From assembly GCA_963748825.1 (NCBI GenBank), contig CAVVKN010000011.1, positions 1 through 58,341 on the forward strand: 58,341 bases of DNA, read 5' to 3'. Numbering within the stretch: the first letter of the stretch is position 1; each line of letters starts with the position of its first letter. This document shows, piece by piece, positions 1-9,589 of the stretch. Position numbers and translations under genes: made by a program. The notes under the pieces were generated by a model, which did not search any database, was not told the origin of the DNA, and saw only the letters and a list, made by a program, of their open reading frames with translations. Origin of the DNA: Methanotrichaceae archaeon. GTDB lineage: Archaea > Halobacteriota > Methanosarcinia > Methanotrichales > Methanotrichaceae.

Positions 1-133
1 CGGACATTAAAGCAAGGTCTACGTAGCTGGAGTCCTTCACGGCGACCTCGAAATCAGTGAGAGCTTCACGATAAGCCTTCAGGTAGACATACATCAGCAT
101 CATATACATATTGCCAGAATTCTCTAATTCCAT
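1..133 (-). CDS. N-terminus of hypothetical protein running off the window edge
   Basis: ATG at 133 preceded by GAGGT; open frame MELENSGNMYMMLMYVYLKAYREALTDFEVAVKDSSYVDLALMS to position 1. Confidence 0.45.
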   Translation of the reverse strand, partial: MELENSGNMYMMLMYVYLKAYREALTDFEVAVKDSSYVDLALMS

Positions 134-393
134 GACCTACCTCTGCCTACTGCTTTTTTTGCTCCTCCCTGAATCGAGCCGCCCGACAGGCAGCAAAATC
201 ATAGCTTGCCTCAGAGCGCCGTCTGCAAGAATGGCAACAGGGAAAACCGCTGCATGGAATTATATAAAGATATTTGCGCCTCATTCTTAAAAGTTAGGAA
301 ATTAAAAATTGGGAAATAGTAACAAATAGGGACGATAATAGTAATAGATTTAAGATATAGAGACCAATAATTTACAGAGGAGATCAAGAGAAT

Positions 394-951
394 ATGAGAA
401 TTTTAGTGCCCCTGGCAGAGGGCTTCGAGGAGATTGAAGCGATTTGCGTCATCGACATTTTGCGGCGAGCCGATATCGAGGTTGTGACGGCGGGATTAAA
501 GGATGGGATGGCGGAAGGCTCTCATAAAATTAAAGTGCTGCCTGACACCACCCTGGAAAAAATCGACTATCGGGACTTCGATGGGCTGGTCTTGCCCGGA
601 GGCGCACCGGGCTTTGTCAACCTGGGAAATGATGAGCGCATCTTGAATATGGCACGGGAGATGGATCGAGCGAAAAAGGTCGTCGCGGCGATATGCGCGG
701 CTCCCTCGGTCCTCATCAAGGCGGGAGTCTTGCAGGGACGCAGGGCCACGGTCAGCCCCTCGGGAAAGGCTCAGGTGGAGGCGTGCGCCGACTTCAGTGA
801 AGAGAGAGTTGTTGTGGACGGCAATCTTGTCACCAGCCGCTCACCGGGAACGGCCCTGGAGTTTGCCTTGAAGCTGGTGGAGGTGCTGGCGGGAAAGGAG
901 AAGATGATGCAGGTCAAGGAGCAAACGATGGCCATATGCCTGGGGGACTAA
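394..951 (+). CDS. DJ-1/PfpI (ThiJ/YajL-like) family protein
   Basis: GFEEIEA, LVLPGG, AAICAAP nucleophile-elbow Cys, VVVDGNLVTSRSPG; GAGGAG RBS. Confidence 0.93.
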   Translation: MRILVPLAEGFEEIEAICVIDILRRADIEVVTAGLKDGMAEGSHKIKVLPDTTLEKIDYRDFDGLVLPGGAPGFVNLGNDERILNMAREMDRAKKVVAAICAAPSVLIKAGVLQGRRATVSPSGKAQVEACADFSEERVVVDGNLVTSRSPGTALEFALKLVEVLAGKEKMMQVKEQTMAICLGD

Positions 952-1003
952 TCAATATTAATCCCTCGAAAGTTTTTTTAGCTTCCGACATCAGACTATC
1001 ATC

Positions 1004-1213
1004 ATGAATTTCATGGTTGTTCTTCAGGAAGCCGAAGAAGGCGGCTACATCGTGAGCTGCCCAGCACTTCCCGGATGTCATTCTCAGGGGGACAGCATGG
1101 AAGAGGCTCGGAAGAACATCAAGGAAGCAATAGTAGGCTGCCTAGAATCTCTGGCAGAAGAACGAACAAAGCTGCTGAGCTATTCGGGAAAGATCATGGA
1201 AGTAACGGTCTGA
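1004..1213 (+). CDS. hicB: HicB-family antitoxin (short form)
   Basis: EEGGYIVSCPALPGCHSQGDSMEEARKNIKEAI HicB signature. Confidence 0.9.
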   Translation: MNFMVVLQEAEEGGYIVSCPALPGCHSQGDSMEEARKNIKEAIVGCLESLAEERTKLLSYSGKIMEVTV

Positions 1214-1219
1214 TCTCAG

Positions 1220-1460
1220 ATGGCCCAAAAGCTGCCGGTGATTTCCGGCAAAGAAGCCGTTAAGGCCTTCACCAAAGCAGGCTGGCGTCTGGATAGGATC
1301 TCTGGAAGTCATGCCGTAATGAGGAAGGATGGATCAGAGGTAACCCTTTCTGTTCTACTTCATCCGGAATTGAGAAAGGGCTAATCTCCACTCTTTGATA
1401 AAGGACGCAGCCATTGATTTAGATGAGTTCCTTGCTTACTTGATTGTTCTAGGATTATGA
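1220..1460 (+). pseudogene. hicA: HicA-family toxin, disrupted
   Basis: MAQKLPVISGKEAVKAFTKAGWRLDRISGSHAVMRK...HPELRKG then TAA at 1382-1384; HicA-like tail LIKDAAIDLDEFLAYL resumes just downstream. Confidence 0.8.
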
Positions 1461-1612
1461 AACCGTAACTATTTCCTTTGCACTCTGCCCACCTGCTCAA
1501 CAGGCAGATACCGCCGCCTCGTCGCAAGCGGCCAAAAGAATGTGACTTTTGAAGCCGGCTTAATGAAAAACACCTTCATCCACAGTCTGAAGAATCAAGC
1601 TGATGCAAAAAA

Positions 1613-2473
1613 CTAAACCAGAGGCTCCGGCTGTTTGCCCTCCGGCGCCAGCGGCAGGCCCGCCCGGTGCATGACCAGTGGCCCGGTGAAGTGCAGCGCC
1701 CGGTTCAAAAGCAGGCGCTTTCCCTCATCAGTCAGGGCAAAGACGGGAATGGAGATTCCCATCTGCAGCCTTGCTCGCTCGCCCACGACATCCCGCACCG
1801 CCTTTGAAGCACAGGACCAGACCAGATCGCAGCTTTCCGCCAGGGCTCTGGCCTGCGCCTCGCTAATGCCGGTGGTGTGGACCGCCAGCAAAAAGGGCCT
1901 TGCCCCCAGCTTTGCCCCCATCTCCCGCAGAGCAGTGGCTTCGTCGGCATTGGTCCCGGCTATGGTCACTGCGATCTTCTGAAATCCCGCCGCCACCGCC
2001 TTTTCAAATCCCCGCACCTGATTAACTGTCGCCTGCCGGTCGAGCAGAAGGCAGCCCCTTTTCGCCAGCCCCTCCTGGATCTCTGCAATCGGCTCGGTCT
2101 CGATCAGCCCGGTCATGTGCGCGCCCACCGCTTGCAGCACATCCGGCCTTGCCGCCACCACAGTGCCCGCGCCCTCGCAGACCACCACGGCAGCATCAAC
2201 CAGGCCTTCGTTCATGGCATCCATCAGGATCTCGGAGGCACCGAAGCTCACGGGCTTTTCTTGCAGCTCTAAAACCCTTTGAGGGCCGTACATGCCAAGC
2301 TCTTGCATGTGGCTTTGCAGTACGCGCTCCACAGTCTCCCGGCTCTCCTTCTCGATGCCGTACAGATCCCTGCGCAGAGGGCAACAGCTAATGCCAGGCT
2401 CGGTCAGAACCTCTATCTTGCCGTCTTTTACCTTGACACGCGCTTTGGCCATCTCCAGCAGATGCTCGGACAT
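1613..2473 (-). CDS. Methanogenesis marker 8 protein (DUF2099)
   Basis: True start probably MSEHLLEMAKARV (2473); CCPL, VSFGASEIL, DAAVVVCEGAGTV, AVHTTG, SCASK motifs. Confidence 0.85.
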   Translation of the reverse strand: MSEHLLEMAKARVKVKDGKIEVLTEPGISCCPLRRDLYGIEKESRETVERVLQSHMQELGMYGPQRVLELQEKPVSFGASEILMDAMNEGLVDAAVVVCEGAGTVVAARPDVLQAVGAHMTGLIETEPIAEIQEGLAKRGCLLLDRQATVNQVRGFEKAVAAGFQKIAVTIAGTNADEATALREMGAKLGARPFLLAVHTTGISEAQARALAESCDLVWSCASKAVRDVVGERARLQMGISIPVFALTDEGKRLLLNRALHFTGPLVMHRAGLPLAPEGKQPEPLV

Positions 2474-2477
2474 TTTA

Positions 2478-2636
2478 TTACCTGGCAATTTTGGTATTCG
2501 TCGATTTGCAGCGCGGGCACGGCAGCTTGTAGCCGAAGCCCTTGAAGACTTGGCTGCAGTCCTGGCATCTGTAATTTTTGGCAAAGACCTCTTCCGTGCT
2601 GCCCAGATCCACTCCACAACCGCAGGTGGCACACAT
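2478..2636 (-). CDS. Small Cys-rich zinc-ribbon protein (52 aa)
   Basis: MCATCGC...CQDC...CPRC; ends 4 bp before the marker 8 start. Confidence 0.65.
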   Translation of the reverse strand: MCATCGCGVDLGSTEEVFAKNYRCQDCSQVFKGFGYKLPCPRCKSTNTKIAR

Positions 2637-3135
2637 AAAAAAGAAATGGCCTTTTGATCGTAAATATGTTATCCCAACGAGAGCGCCAAAAATTATAGGC
2701 GGATGGGCTGATCGAGCCTCTTTTAATTTCCGCGGTCTCTTCTCCCGCTCTCGCAGACGTGGCGGTGGGATGCCTGTGCTGGCCAAGGATTCCCCGGGGG
2801 GAGATCTTTTAGAGGGGCCACCTCGTTGCCTGGAGTGCCTGGAGGCGGCCAAAGCAGCGCTAGCTATATTTTTATACAATTAGTGTAATCTGAAGCATCA
2901 GGAGGCGAGTATTTTGGCTTTCTACCGTGCCCTGAGTAGGGGGCGAGGCCGACCTGGGGCTTTGGAGAGAAGGACTTTCGGGTTGCACCTCGGCGGTCGA
3001 GAATACTTCGCCATGTTGATCGTCTCGATTAGTTCTATGACATCCTCGTTGAGGTTCAGGCCGGTGCGAGAATTAGGTATATCCGCTGGATCGAAGGACG
3101 TATCGTAAGTCCAAATTTTTGACCGCTCATAACAA

Positions 3136-4413
3136 TTAGCGGCTTTTTCCATTTCTACCAGGAAGCTGTTCTTGATCATTTTTCTGTCGTCCAAAGAGCT
3201 TAACTAGGTATTTAACTAAGCATTTGCCAAAGATGCCCCCGAGCATGATTCCCGCTACTCCCAATACAAAGAAGAGATAATCCTTGTTTCTTTCCATCCA
3301 GTCTTCTACGGTTATGTAATCTTGCCTAAACCTATATATTTTTTTATAATTTTTCCCAGTTATTATTATACTAGGTAACGAATAAACTCCGCTAGAGTTA
3401 AATAATATATTTTTATAAATATTAATAGTTTGATTAATGGTTAGATTTTTCGAAATACGCACATTATTATCACTTTCAATTTTTCCAGAGTCAGTTATAT
3501 TATGGTAACTATATTCCTTCAATTTAGCAAATTCGAATTGAGCATTGGTATTCTTGCCAGCACCTCCTAAATACGTTATATCATATGTTATGTTCAGGGG
3601 CTCATCGTTAAGAGTACTTCCGCGACTTGCAATATTTTTCTTTATTGCAGTCACACCAACATCGAATCTCGGCATAGGCTCGTCAACGATTACATTTAAG
3701 GAATAATCCATATCAGGATATGGTTGTTCATTATCGTAAAATCGCAATAATGTCTTAGTGCTATAAATCCCAGATTCATTTGGTATTATCGAATACCAAT
3801 AAATTAGTCTCTGGTGATTATCGAGCCGGATGCCTCCACTAGTCATTAAGTTCTCTGAAATATCGCTTGAAACAAACGATAAATTGTCCTGGGAATCGAT
3901 ATTGATACAAGTATGAGAGATATTATTAATGGCATTTAGCTCACATGACTTGATTTCTTTCGCTTCTGTCATTCTAAATAGATTGGATACATAGGGAACA
4001 GATAATTTATCATCTACGGATTCATGTACCCACAACCCTTTAATCTCCTTAACCATAGGCAAAATCTCAACAAAAATTATGATTGAATCGCCTAAAAGGT
4101 ATCCCTCTTTTTTGTTAGGATAGATCCTTTTATTGATCTTTGCAGGTTCTCCAAACTGGTAGAATTGGCGTTCAATTACATGTCCTCCTCCTCCTGTTTT
4201 TATGTCGGCGAAGGCCGAAGTAGGAGATCCACTAATTCCCATTGATTCTCCCACGACATTCTCGATCGTTCTAGAACTTAATTCTTCGTCAGCTCCCACT
4301 TCATCTGCAGTATACCTCAGAGAAGAAGCAGGAGCAGCTACTGCCAATATAATTATTAATATTATATTATATATTTTATTAATATTTATATTATTAGCAA
4401 GGATATCTTCCAT
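3136..4413 (-). CDS. Hypothetical secreted, C-terminally anchored surface protein
   Basis: 425 aa; N-terminal hydrophobic signal, many N-x-S/T sequons, C-terminal TM (LFFVLGVAGIMLGGIFG); AT-rich. Confidence 0.7.
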   Translation of the reverse strand: MEDILANNININKIYNIILIIILAVAAPASSLRYTADEVGADEELSSRTIENVVGESMGISGSPTSAFADIKTGGGGHVIERQFYQFGEPAKINKRIYPNKKEGYLLGDSIIIFVEILPMVKEIKGLWVHESVDDKLSVPYVSNLFRMTEAKEIKSCELNAINNISHTCINIDSQDNLSFVSSDISENLMTSGGIRLDNHQRLIYWYSIIPNESGIYSTKTLLRFYDNEQPYPDMDYSLNVIVDEPMPRFDVGVTAIKKNIASRGSTLNDEPLNITYDITYLGGAGKNTNAQFEFAKLKEYSYHNITDSGKIESDNNVRISKNLTINQTINIYKNILFNSSGVYSLPSIIITGKNYKKIYRFRQDYITVEDWMERNKDYLFFVLGVAGIMLGGIFGKCLVKYLVKLFGRQKNDQEQLPGRNGKSR

Positions 4414-5944
4414 CCAAATCCTCCCAATGATTTCGACTATATCGCGGCAGATCTATGGATTCGTTTGTAGAACTCCTGCATCTATAACAATTTTGATTAA
4501 TCATACATGTAATGTCTAATCTTACATTATTTCGATTGATTTTTTCACGGATACGATCTCCATTATCTAAGCTAGATATCACGATATTATTTTCTCCATA
4601 TCGCAGGTTTATAGAGTTATTTTGAGGATTTGCAGTTATATTATTGTTTAAAATTTTATTCTCATGAGAATCATTCATGAAAATAGCACAATTTGACCTG
4701 ATAATATTATTTGATATAGTGCTATTTCTTAAATTATCTGTTAATATTGCTGCCTCTGCTTGGTAGTTTATTATCATAAGTCCATCTATGGTTATTTTGG
4801 TTGAATTACCTATTTCTATTTTATCATCCAATATTGGTTTTTCTGTGCCATAAGCTGAATTTATTGTGAGATTATGTACCTTCTCAATTATTACTTTGTC
4901 TTGATGATCTCGATAAGTTCCACAAACTTCGTTAAGCAAGTGTAGTTCTGTGTCGTTTTGCACGAAACGAGTAAGGTTTTCGCAATTACTTAAGTAAATG
5001 CAATTCGGATTTATTGAGATATTTTTTCTCACAACATTCGTAATACCTTTCAAAGTAACGCTTAAACTCAAATTAGTATTATTATTACCAGACGTCCATT
5101 CGATGCGAGGTGTGCTACAAGTCCCGACAATCTCTCCTTCTTTTATGGTCCATAAATATTCTGCGTCATTTATATCGTAGATAGACGCATTTAACTTCGG
5201 TTCATATCTACAGACAGAAGGCAAAACCTGGATCTCAAGCGGTACAACTCGTACCATCCCAATTTTTTGAGTGGTATTTGCACCATTGCATGTAACTATA
5301 TAGCTGTAATTTCCAGACTTATTGGAATCCACAGAAGAGAAATTTACAAGAGACGTACATCCTTCGGAACAACCAGCACCTTCCTCGGTAAAGAAAGCAC
5401 TACTCAATGGAAATCCTGCATAAATCTCCACATCTGGTGCATCTACATTGCATCGTTCACAGATGATATTTGCATATTTTATGTGAATGTTATCGATGTA
5501 GCCGTATCCTCCATTCGGATTAGCAACCCGCCATGTGACCATGCCAGCCGGTAAGCGTTTCACAGAATGAACCCATCCTTTACTTCTGCATCGCTCACTT
5601 CCACCAGGATAAATGAGTCTCAATTCACCCCCTAGGCCATCAGTTAGATCAGATTTCCAATCATATTCTATCTCCGCCGTATCATTAAGATTTAAACTAA
5701 AGGAACTCATCCCCACTTCGAGATCCCCTACTTGAAGAAAGAAATCTGTACTGGACTTATTTATGTGCCAGCCATTCGGTATTTCTCCCATTGGAAGTTT
5801 AAGGTCATCAAAATTATAATTTTCCTCGCAAGTTCCATCTACATCTATGACAAAAAAGCAGCAAAATATATTAACCAGTGTTAGGACAAAGACTGACGAT
5901 TTCGTGATGCATCGATATGACAAGATACACATCCCTCTTATCAC
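4394..5944 (-). CDS. Hypothetical secreted protein with C-terminal parallel beta-helix (NosD/CASH-like) region
   Basis: 516 aa; signal-like N-terminus; ITIDGLMI...NSTISNNII...NKILNNNI repeats; overlaps the downstream gene. Confidence 0.65.
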   Translation of the reverse strand: MIRGMCILSYRCITKSSVFVLTLVNIFCCFFVIDVDGTCEENYNFDDLKLPMGEIPNGWHINKSSTDFFLQVGDLEVGMSSFSLNLNDTAEIEYDWKSDLTDGLGGELRLIYPGGSERCRSKGWVHSVKRLPAGMVTWRVANPNGGYGYIDNIHIKYANIICERCNVDAPDVEIYAGFPLSSAFFTEEGAGCSEGCTSLVNFSSVDSNKSGNYSYIVTCNGANTTQKIGMVRVVPLEIQVLPSVCRYEPKLNASIYDINDAEYLWTIKEGEIVGTCSTPRIEWTSGNNNTNLSLSVTLKGITNVVRKNISINPNCIYLSNCENLTRFVQNDTELHLLNEVCGTYRDHQDKVIIEKVHNLTINSAYGTEKPILDDKIEIGNSTKITIDGLMIINYQAEAAILTDNLRNSTISNNIIRSNCAIFMNDSHENKILNNNITANPQNNSINLRYGENNIVISSLDNGDRIREKINRNNVRLDITCMINQNCYRCRSSTNESIDLPRYSRNHWEDLDGRYPC

Positions 5945-6013
5945 AGGTTATATAGTAATATCATCATATACTTACAAGCATAGTATAAATATGTTTGGGA
6001 GTTTGAGTTTGGG

Positions 6014-7084
6014 TGTAGAGTCCCGAATGTTTGGCATTTAAATACCCCGCGATTTCTTTTAAATCCATCCTGTCGCATTAAAATCTCTCTCCATCCTCAA
6101 GATGAACTGGTTTAGCTTGCATTCATCAGGCATTCTTGACCAAAATGCATCTTCCGGGGTCTGTAGATAGTGTTTCTCATCGAGGCTCTCGTGATAACGT
6201 GTCGAGTTGTACCAGTTCAAGAATTTGTTAAAATCATCAAACAATTTTCTGCTTTTCTCGTAGGTATGATACCATTTTTCGATTTTTCCATTGGTCTGGG
6301 GATGCTTGACTCTGGCCAGGATATGTTTGATTTCGTTTTTCGCTAGGAATGCATCGAAAGCACTCTCCGAATCCCCATTTTTATCCATCTTGTTTGCGAA
6401 GAATTGCGTGCCATGATCCGTGATGACTTCTCTGATCCTCCGAATCTCGCCGTAGTCCTCAAGCGCCATTCTCACCAGATCGATGCTAGCTTCACCAGTT
6501 GCTGCAGGAAATTCTCCGCCTGCAAGAATAAATCGCGAGCTGTCATCGAGGACCACACAAACCTCCTTGCCATTGATTCGGCTCGTATGCCAATCAAGAT
6601 GAACTGCAGTGAGGCTGTGCTTTCGTTCGTATCTGATCCCAGGGCTTCCTGCGTTTCTTCTTTTTCTGGTTCTCATTAGCCAAGCCATTCTCAAGAAGGA
6701 CTTCATGGATGGCGTTGTGCGGTATATGCCTGCCATATTATGTTCGATTATTTTTTCGAGGCGTCTTGCTCCAGAATTTTGCTCTTTGGGGATTTTTAGA
6801 ACAAGGCACTTATCTGCGTCGGTGAGATTGGTCTTGGGGCGTCCGAACTTCCTTGGTGCCAATGGCTCTTTGTTTTTCATCCAGTGTCCCCAGACACGAT
6901 TTACTGTTCGAATGCTAACCTTCATCTCTGCTGCAATGATTCTGGAGCTAATGTTATTGGTTTTAGCTCGAATGATATATTTAACCTTGGCAGGTGTCAG
7001 CTTTAAAACTTTGTTTCTTCTGCCTTTGCCCATACCATATTGATGTGGATGAGTATATAAATGCCAGGCTTTTAGGACTCTACA
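6014..7084 (-). mobile_element. IS481-family insertion sequence
   Basis: Imperfect TIRs TGTAGAGTCCCGAATGTTTGGCATTTA / TGTAGAGTCCTAAAAGCCTGGCATTTA; 15-bp TSD GAGTTTGAGTTTGGG at 5999-6013 and 7085-7099. Confidence 0.9.
6059..7033 (-). CDS. IS481-family transposase (rve integrase core) with an internal frame-shifted segment
   Basis: VHLDWH, LDDSSRF, ITDHGTQF, HPQTNGKIEK DDE motifs; N-terminal HTH. Confidence 0.88.
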   Translation of the reverse strand: MGKGRRNKVLKLTPAKVKYIIRAKTNNISSRIIAAEMKVSIRTVNRVWGHWMKNKEPLAPRKFGRPKTNLTDADKCLVLKIPKEQNSGARRLEKIIEHNMAGIYRTTPSMKSFLRMAWLMRTRKRRNAGSPGIRYERKHSLTAVHLDWHTSRINGKEVCVVLDDSSRFILAGGEFPAATGEASIDLVRMALEDYGEIRRIREVITDHGTQFFANKMDKNGDSESAFDAFLAKNEIKHILARVKHPQTNGKIEKWYHTYEKSRKLFDDFNKFLNWYNSTRYHESLDEKHYLQTPEDAFWSRMPDECKLNQFILRMERDFNATGWI

Positions 7085-7825
7085 GAGTTTGAGTTTGGGA
7101 AAGTCATCGTTGACCTAGATGATCGGAAGGAGGACGATGGCCTGCTATGTTCTGCTAGTGAGTATAGCTATGGGATGAAGCTTTGAGTGCGTGGTTCGAG
7201 TGCGCGAGCTACTCGCAAGGGCTAGGACTATGGCCATTTCAGGCTGGCGAACTCCTGGCCCGCGGCATTTTCGTGCATGATTACCTCGCTTCGCGAGGCT
7301 TGCCCAAGCGCCCGCAAAATCAGTTTTCGACGGCGGGACGGATTCAGTGGCTACGCCGCAGGATTGCCCAAAGGGCCGTAGCCTTGATCGGCCCAGACGG
7401 CGACGACTGGCGGGCGTTGGCCTCGTGGTGCAGAGTGACGAAAAAATGAATAATACGTGATGGCAGATCCGTGCTAAAAGTGAAACCAGTCGAATGGTTT
7501 GAGTTCTTGAAACCGGAAGAGATTGAAGAGTTTAGAAAGAATGGATCTAGGTGATATGCGAGTGCAGGAAGGCCTTGCAGAAGACTGCCCGTGCACCCGC
7601 AGCTCGCTCACTGACTAATGCGACTGTGCAGCTTTAAATGGTGCAAAATGTAAGCGAAAGCATTTGCAGCCAGGTCAGTTCGTCTAAAATTTTAACTATA
7701 AATTAGTATAATATATTGCGAGTGGATACTAAAAGGCGTGGCGCACTTATAGGGATGTGTTGTTGCGATCCAGCCAGATGAGGATGCTGGAGTAGTCGCC
7801 CGCAAATATTGTGTAGCGCTGCAGG

Positions 7826-7923
7826 TCGAGGTGGCTGCTCTGGGCTTTGGCCAGCATCTCCACTGGGAGGCGACCAGGATGTTGAAAGTCTCCAGAGCAG
7901 GAAGACGGCCGGGGGTGGAGTTT
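7826..7923 (-). repeat. Decayed gene fragment, direct-repeat copy A (copy B at 12991-13085)
   Basis: Shares GGCCAGCATCTCCAC..GGAGGCGACCAG..GTTGAA..GACGGCC..TGGAGTTT with 12991-13085. Confidence 0.75.
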
Positions 7924-8038
7924 AATTTCGATGATACATGAATAGTAATAAATGCAGGTTCAGCGATCTCGATCTAAGAAATATACGATGACGATCCTGC
8001 TGGGCCAGTTCTATAATGAGAGAAAGGGAGTGAGAAAT

Positions 8039-8536
8039 ATGAAGCCAGAGCTAATAGAAATTGCGAAACAAGGGCAAATCGATCCAGAAACTGCCGGGCG
8101 ATTGGCGAAATGCATGGATTCCGAGTTTAAGTCCTCCCCGATTCGATACTTTGGTGCAAGGAAAGTAATCATTGTTGCCGGCGTCGGCGAATTGCTGTCC
8201 ATAAGGATCTCGGGATTCGGCGAATCTTTTACGGGGAGACAATTGAAATGCAGCAACGTGGATAATCCAGAAAATCTCGAAGTGAGTATGGCGGAAAGCG
8301 GCATGGTCTTGCAGTCAGCCAAAGACCCGGATGTCCTCTACGTGAAAGATGGTGAGACTTCAATAACCGGACCAAAGTACTCTGATGTCGCAAAAGACCT
8401 TGATACTCCTGCTGAGGTTTTTAAGACCCTGCCAAGAAAAGATCCCGACATAGTGCAAATAGACAATCGGATTTTCCGCCAAACGGGGACGGTGTATATT
8501 AGCAGTCCGTTTCATGTTATCATGCTGGAGCGGTGA
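8039..8536 (+). CDS. Hypothetical protein
   Basis: ORF 7952-8536; likely start MKPELIE after GGAGTGA RBS; operon-like with the next gene. Confidence 0.6.
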   Translation: MKPELIEIAKQGQIDPETAGRLAKCMDSEFKSSPIRYFGARKVIIVAGVGELLSIRISGFGESFTGRQLKCSNVDNPENLEVSMAESGMVLQSAKDPDVLYVKDGETSITGPKYSDVAKDLDTPAEVFKTLPRKDPDIVQIDNRIFRQTGTVYISSPFHVIMLER

Positions 8537-8540
8537 AGCC

Positions 8541-9437
8541 ATGAATGAAATCCAAGAGATTTCCAATTTGATGGACAAAGAAATTGAGGCAATTACAATT
8601 GCAGCCGCCTCTGATCTACCCTCTCGAAAGATAGGAGGAAAAGCTTCTGCGAGAGTTGTAAAGCTTCGCAATCCCAAAATTATTACAACCGAGAACAAGA
8701 TAGAAATCCTTGGCCCAGTGTTCCTGCTGAGCGTTGGGGAGCTGAAAAAAGCAATTAAGAATCGCTACAAGACCCCTGGGCAGAATATTTTCCCAGAGGT
8801 CGTTGATGATTTCATTTTCAGCAATGATAAAGAAGCCTTGAATCGGTTAAGGACTTTTGACTCCGCACAAGCCGCCAGCGACCTGGTCAATTTGGCAAGG
8901 CTTGTCAAAGTTCCATCAGACTCGGAAAAAATCGTACTGGTTAGCAAAATCAAACCGCTTGAACTGGTAACCGAGTATATAGTTGATGGCAAGCACACGA
9001 GTGGAAACTTCTTGGGAAGCTTCGATCTTCCTCTGGTAGTTATGACTGACAACGGGGCGCAATTTGACTTTGAAAACCCGTCAAACGTTGTAGGCACAAA
9101 TCAGCGGGTGGAGGAATCGATGGCCATCAACATGAATAATATCATGCTGATTGCAGAAAGGGTGGATGATAACACAATCCAAATAACGGGCGGATTGAGA
9201 CATGTTGGCTGGGGAAATGCAATGGCGATTGTGTCCTTGATTTGCTTGCTGGTCGGTGCCTTCTCATTTATTGAAAAGAGACTGTTCTTTTTCATAGTAT
9301 TACTAATCAGCGGGGCTGCGTTAGCGATCGCAAGGTACCTACCCACCAATTGGAATAAGGAGTTCTTCGGAATGTCAGAAATACAGGTTGTCGGGAACGC
9401 ATACACAGTCTTCAAATTTTACGGAGAGATGGCATGA
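8541..9437 (+). CDS. Hypothetical membrane protein (two C-terminal TM helices)
   Basis: Start MNEIQE 4 bp after the previous stop; hydrophobic hairpin near the C-terminus. Confidence 0.65.
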   Translation: MNEIQEISNLMDKEIEAITIAAASDLPSRKIGGKASARVVKLRNPKIITTENKIEILGPVFLLSVGELKKAIKNRYKTPGQNIFPEVVDDFIFSNDKEALNRLRTFDSAQAASDLVNLARLVKVPSDSEKIVLVSKIKPLELVTEYIVDGKHTSGNFLGSFDLPLVVMTDNGAQFDFENPSNVVGTNQRVEESMAINMNNIMLIAERVDDNTIQITGGLRHVGWGNAMAIVSLICLLVGAFSFIEKRLFFFIVLLISGAALAIARYLPTNWNKEFFGMSEIQVVGNAYTVFKFYGEMA

Positions 9438-9589
9438 TATGAGGCAATTGATCGGGGAATAATCCTGTTTTTTGTTCATTTTGCAAACTCTTGACGAAAG
9501 AACTAAATTCTTAGACATTCTTATTCTCCGATATCTAAAATATGTTTTTCTTTGGCATAAGGTAGACAAATGAAAGCCAGGAGGAATAG

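Noticed and set aside
2474-2632. 53-aa N-terminal extension of the 339-aa ORF
   Set aside because: It is an alternative frame of the upstream Cys-rich gene; family similarity starts at MSEHLLEM
7586-7612. GCTCGCTCAC as an extra copy of the array repeat
   Set aside because: Only a 10-bp match with no flanking similarity
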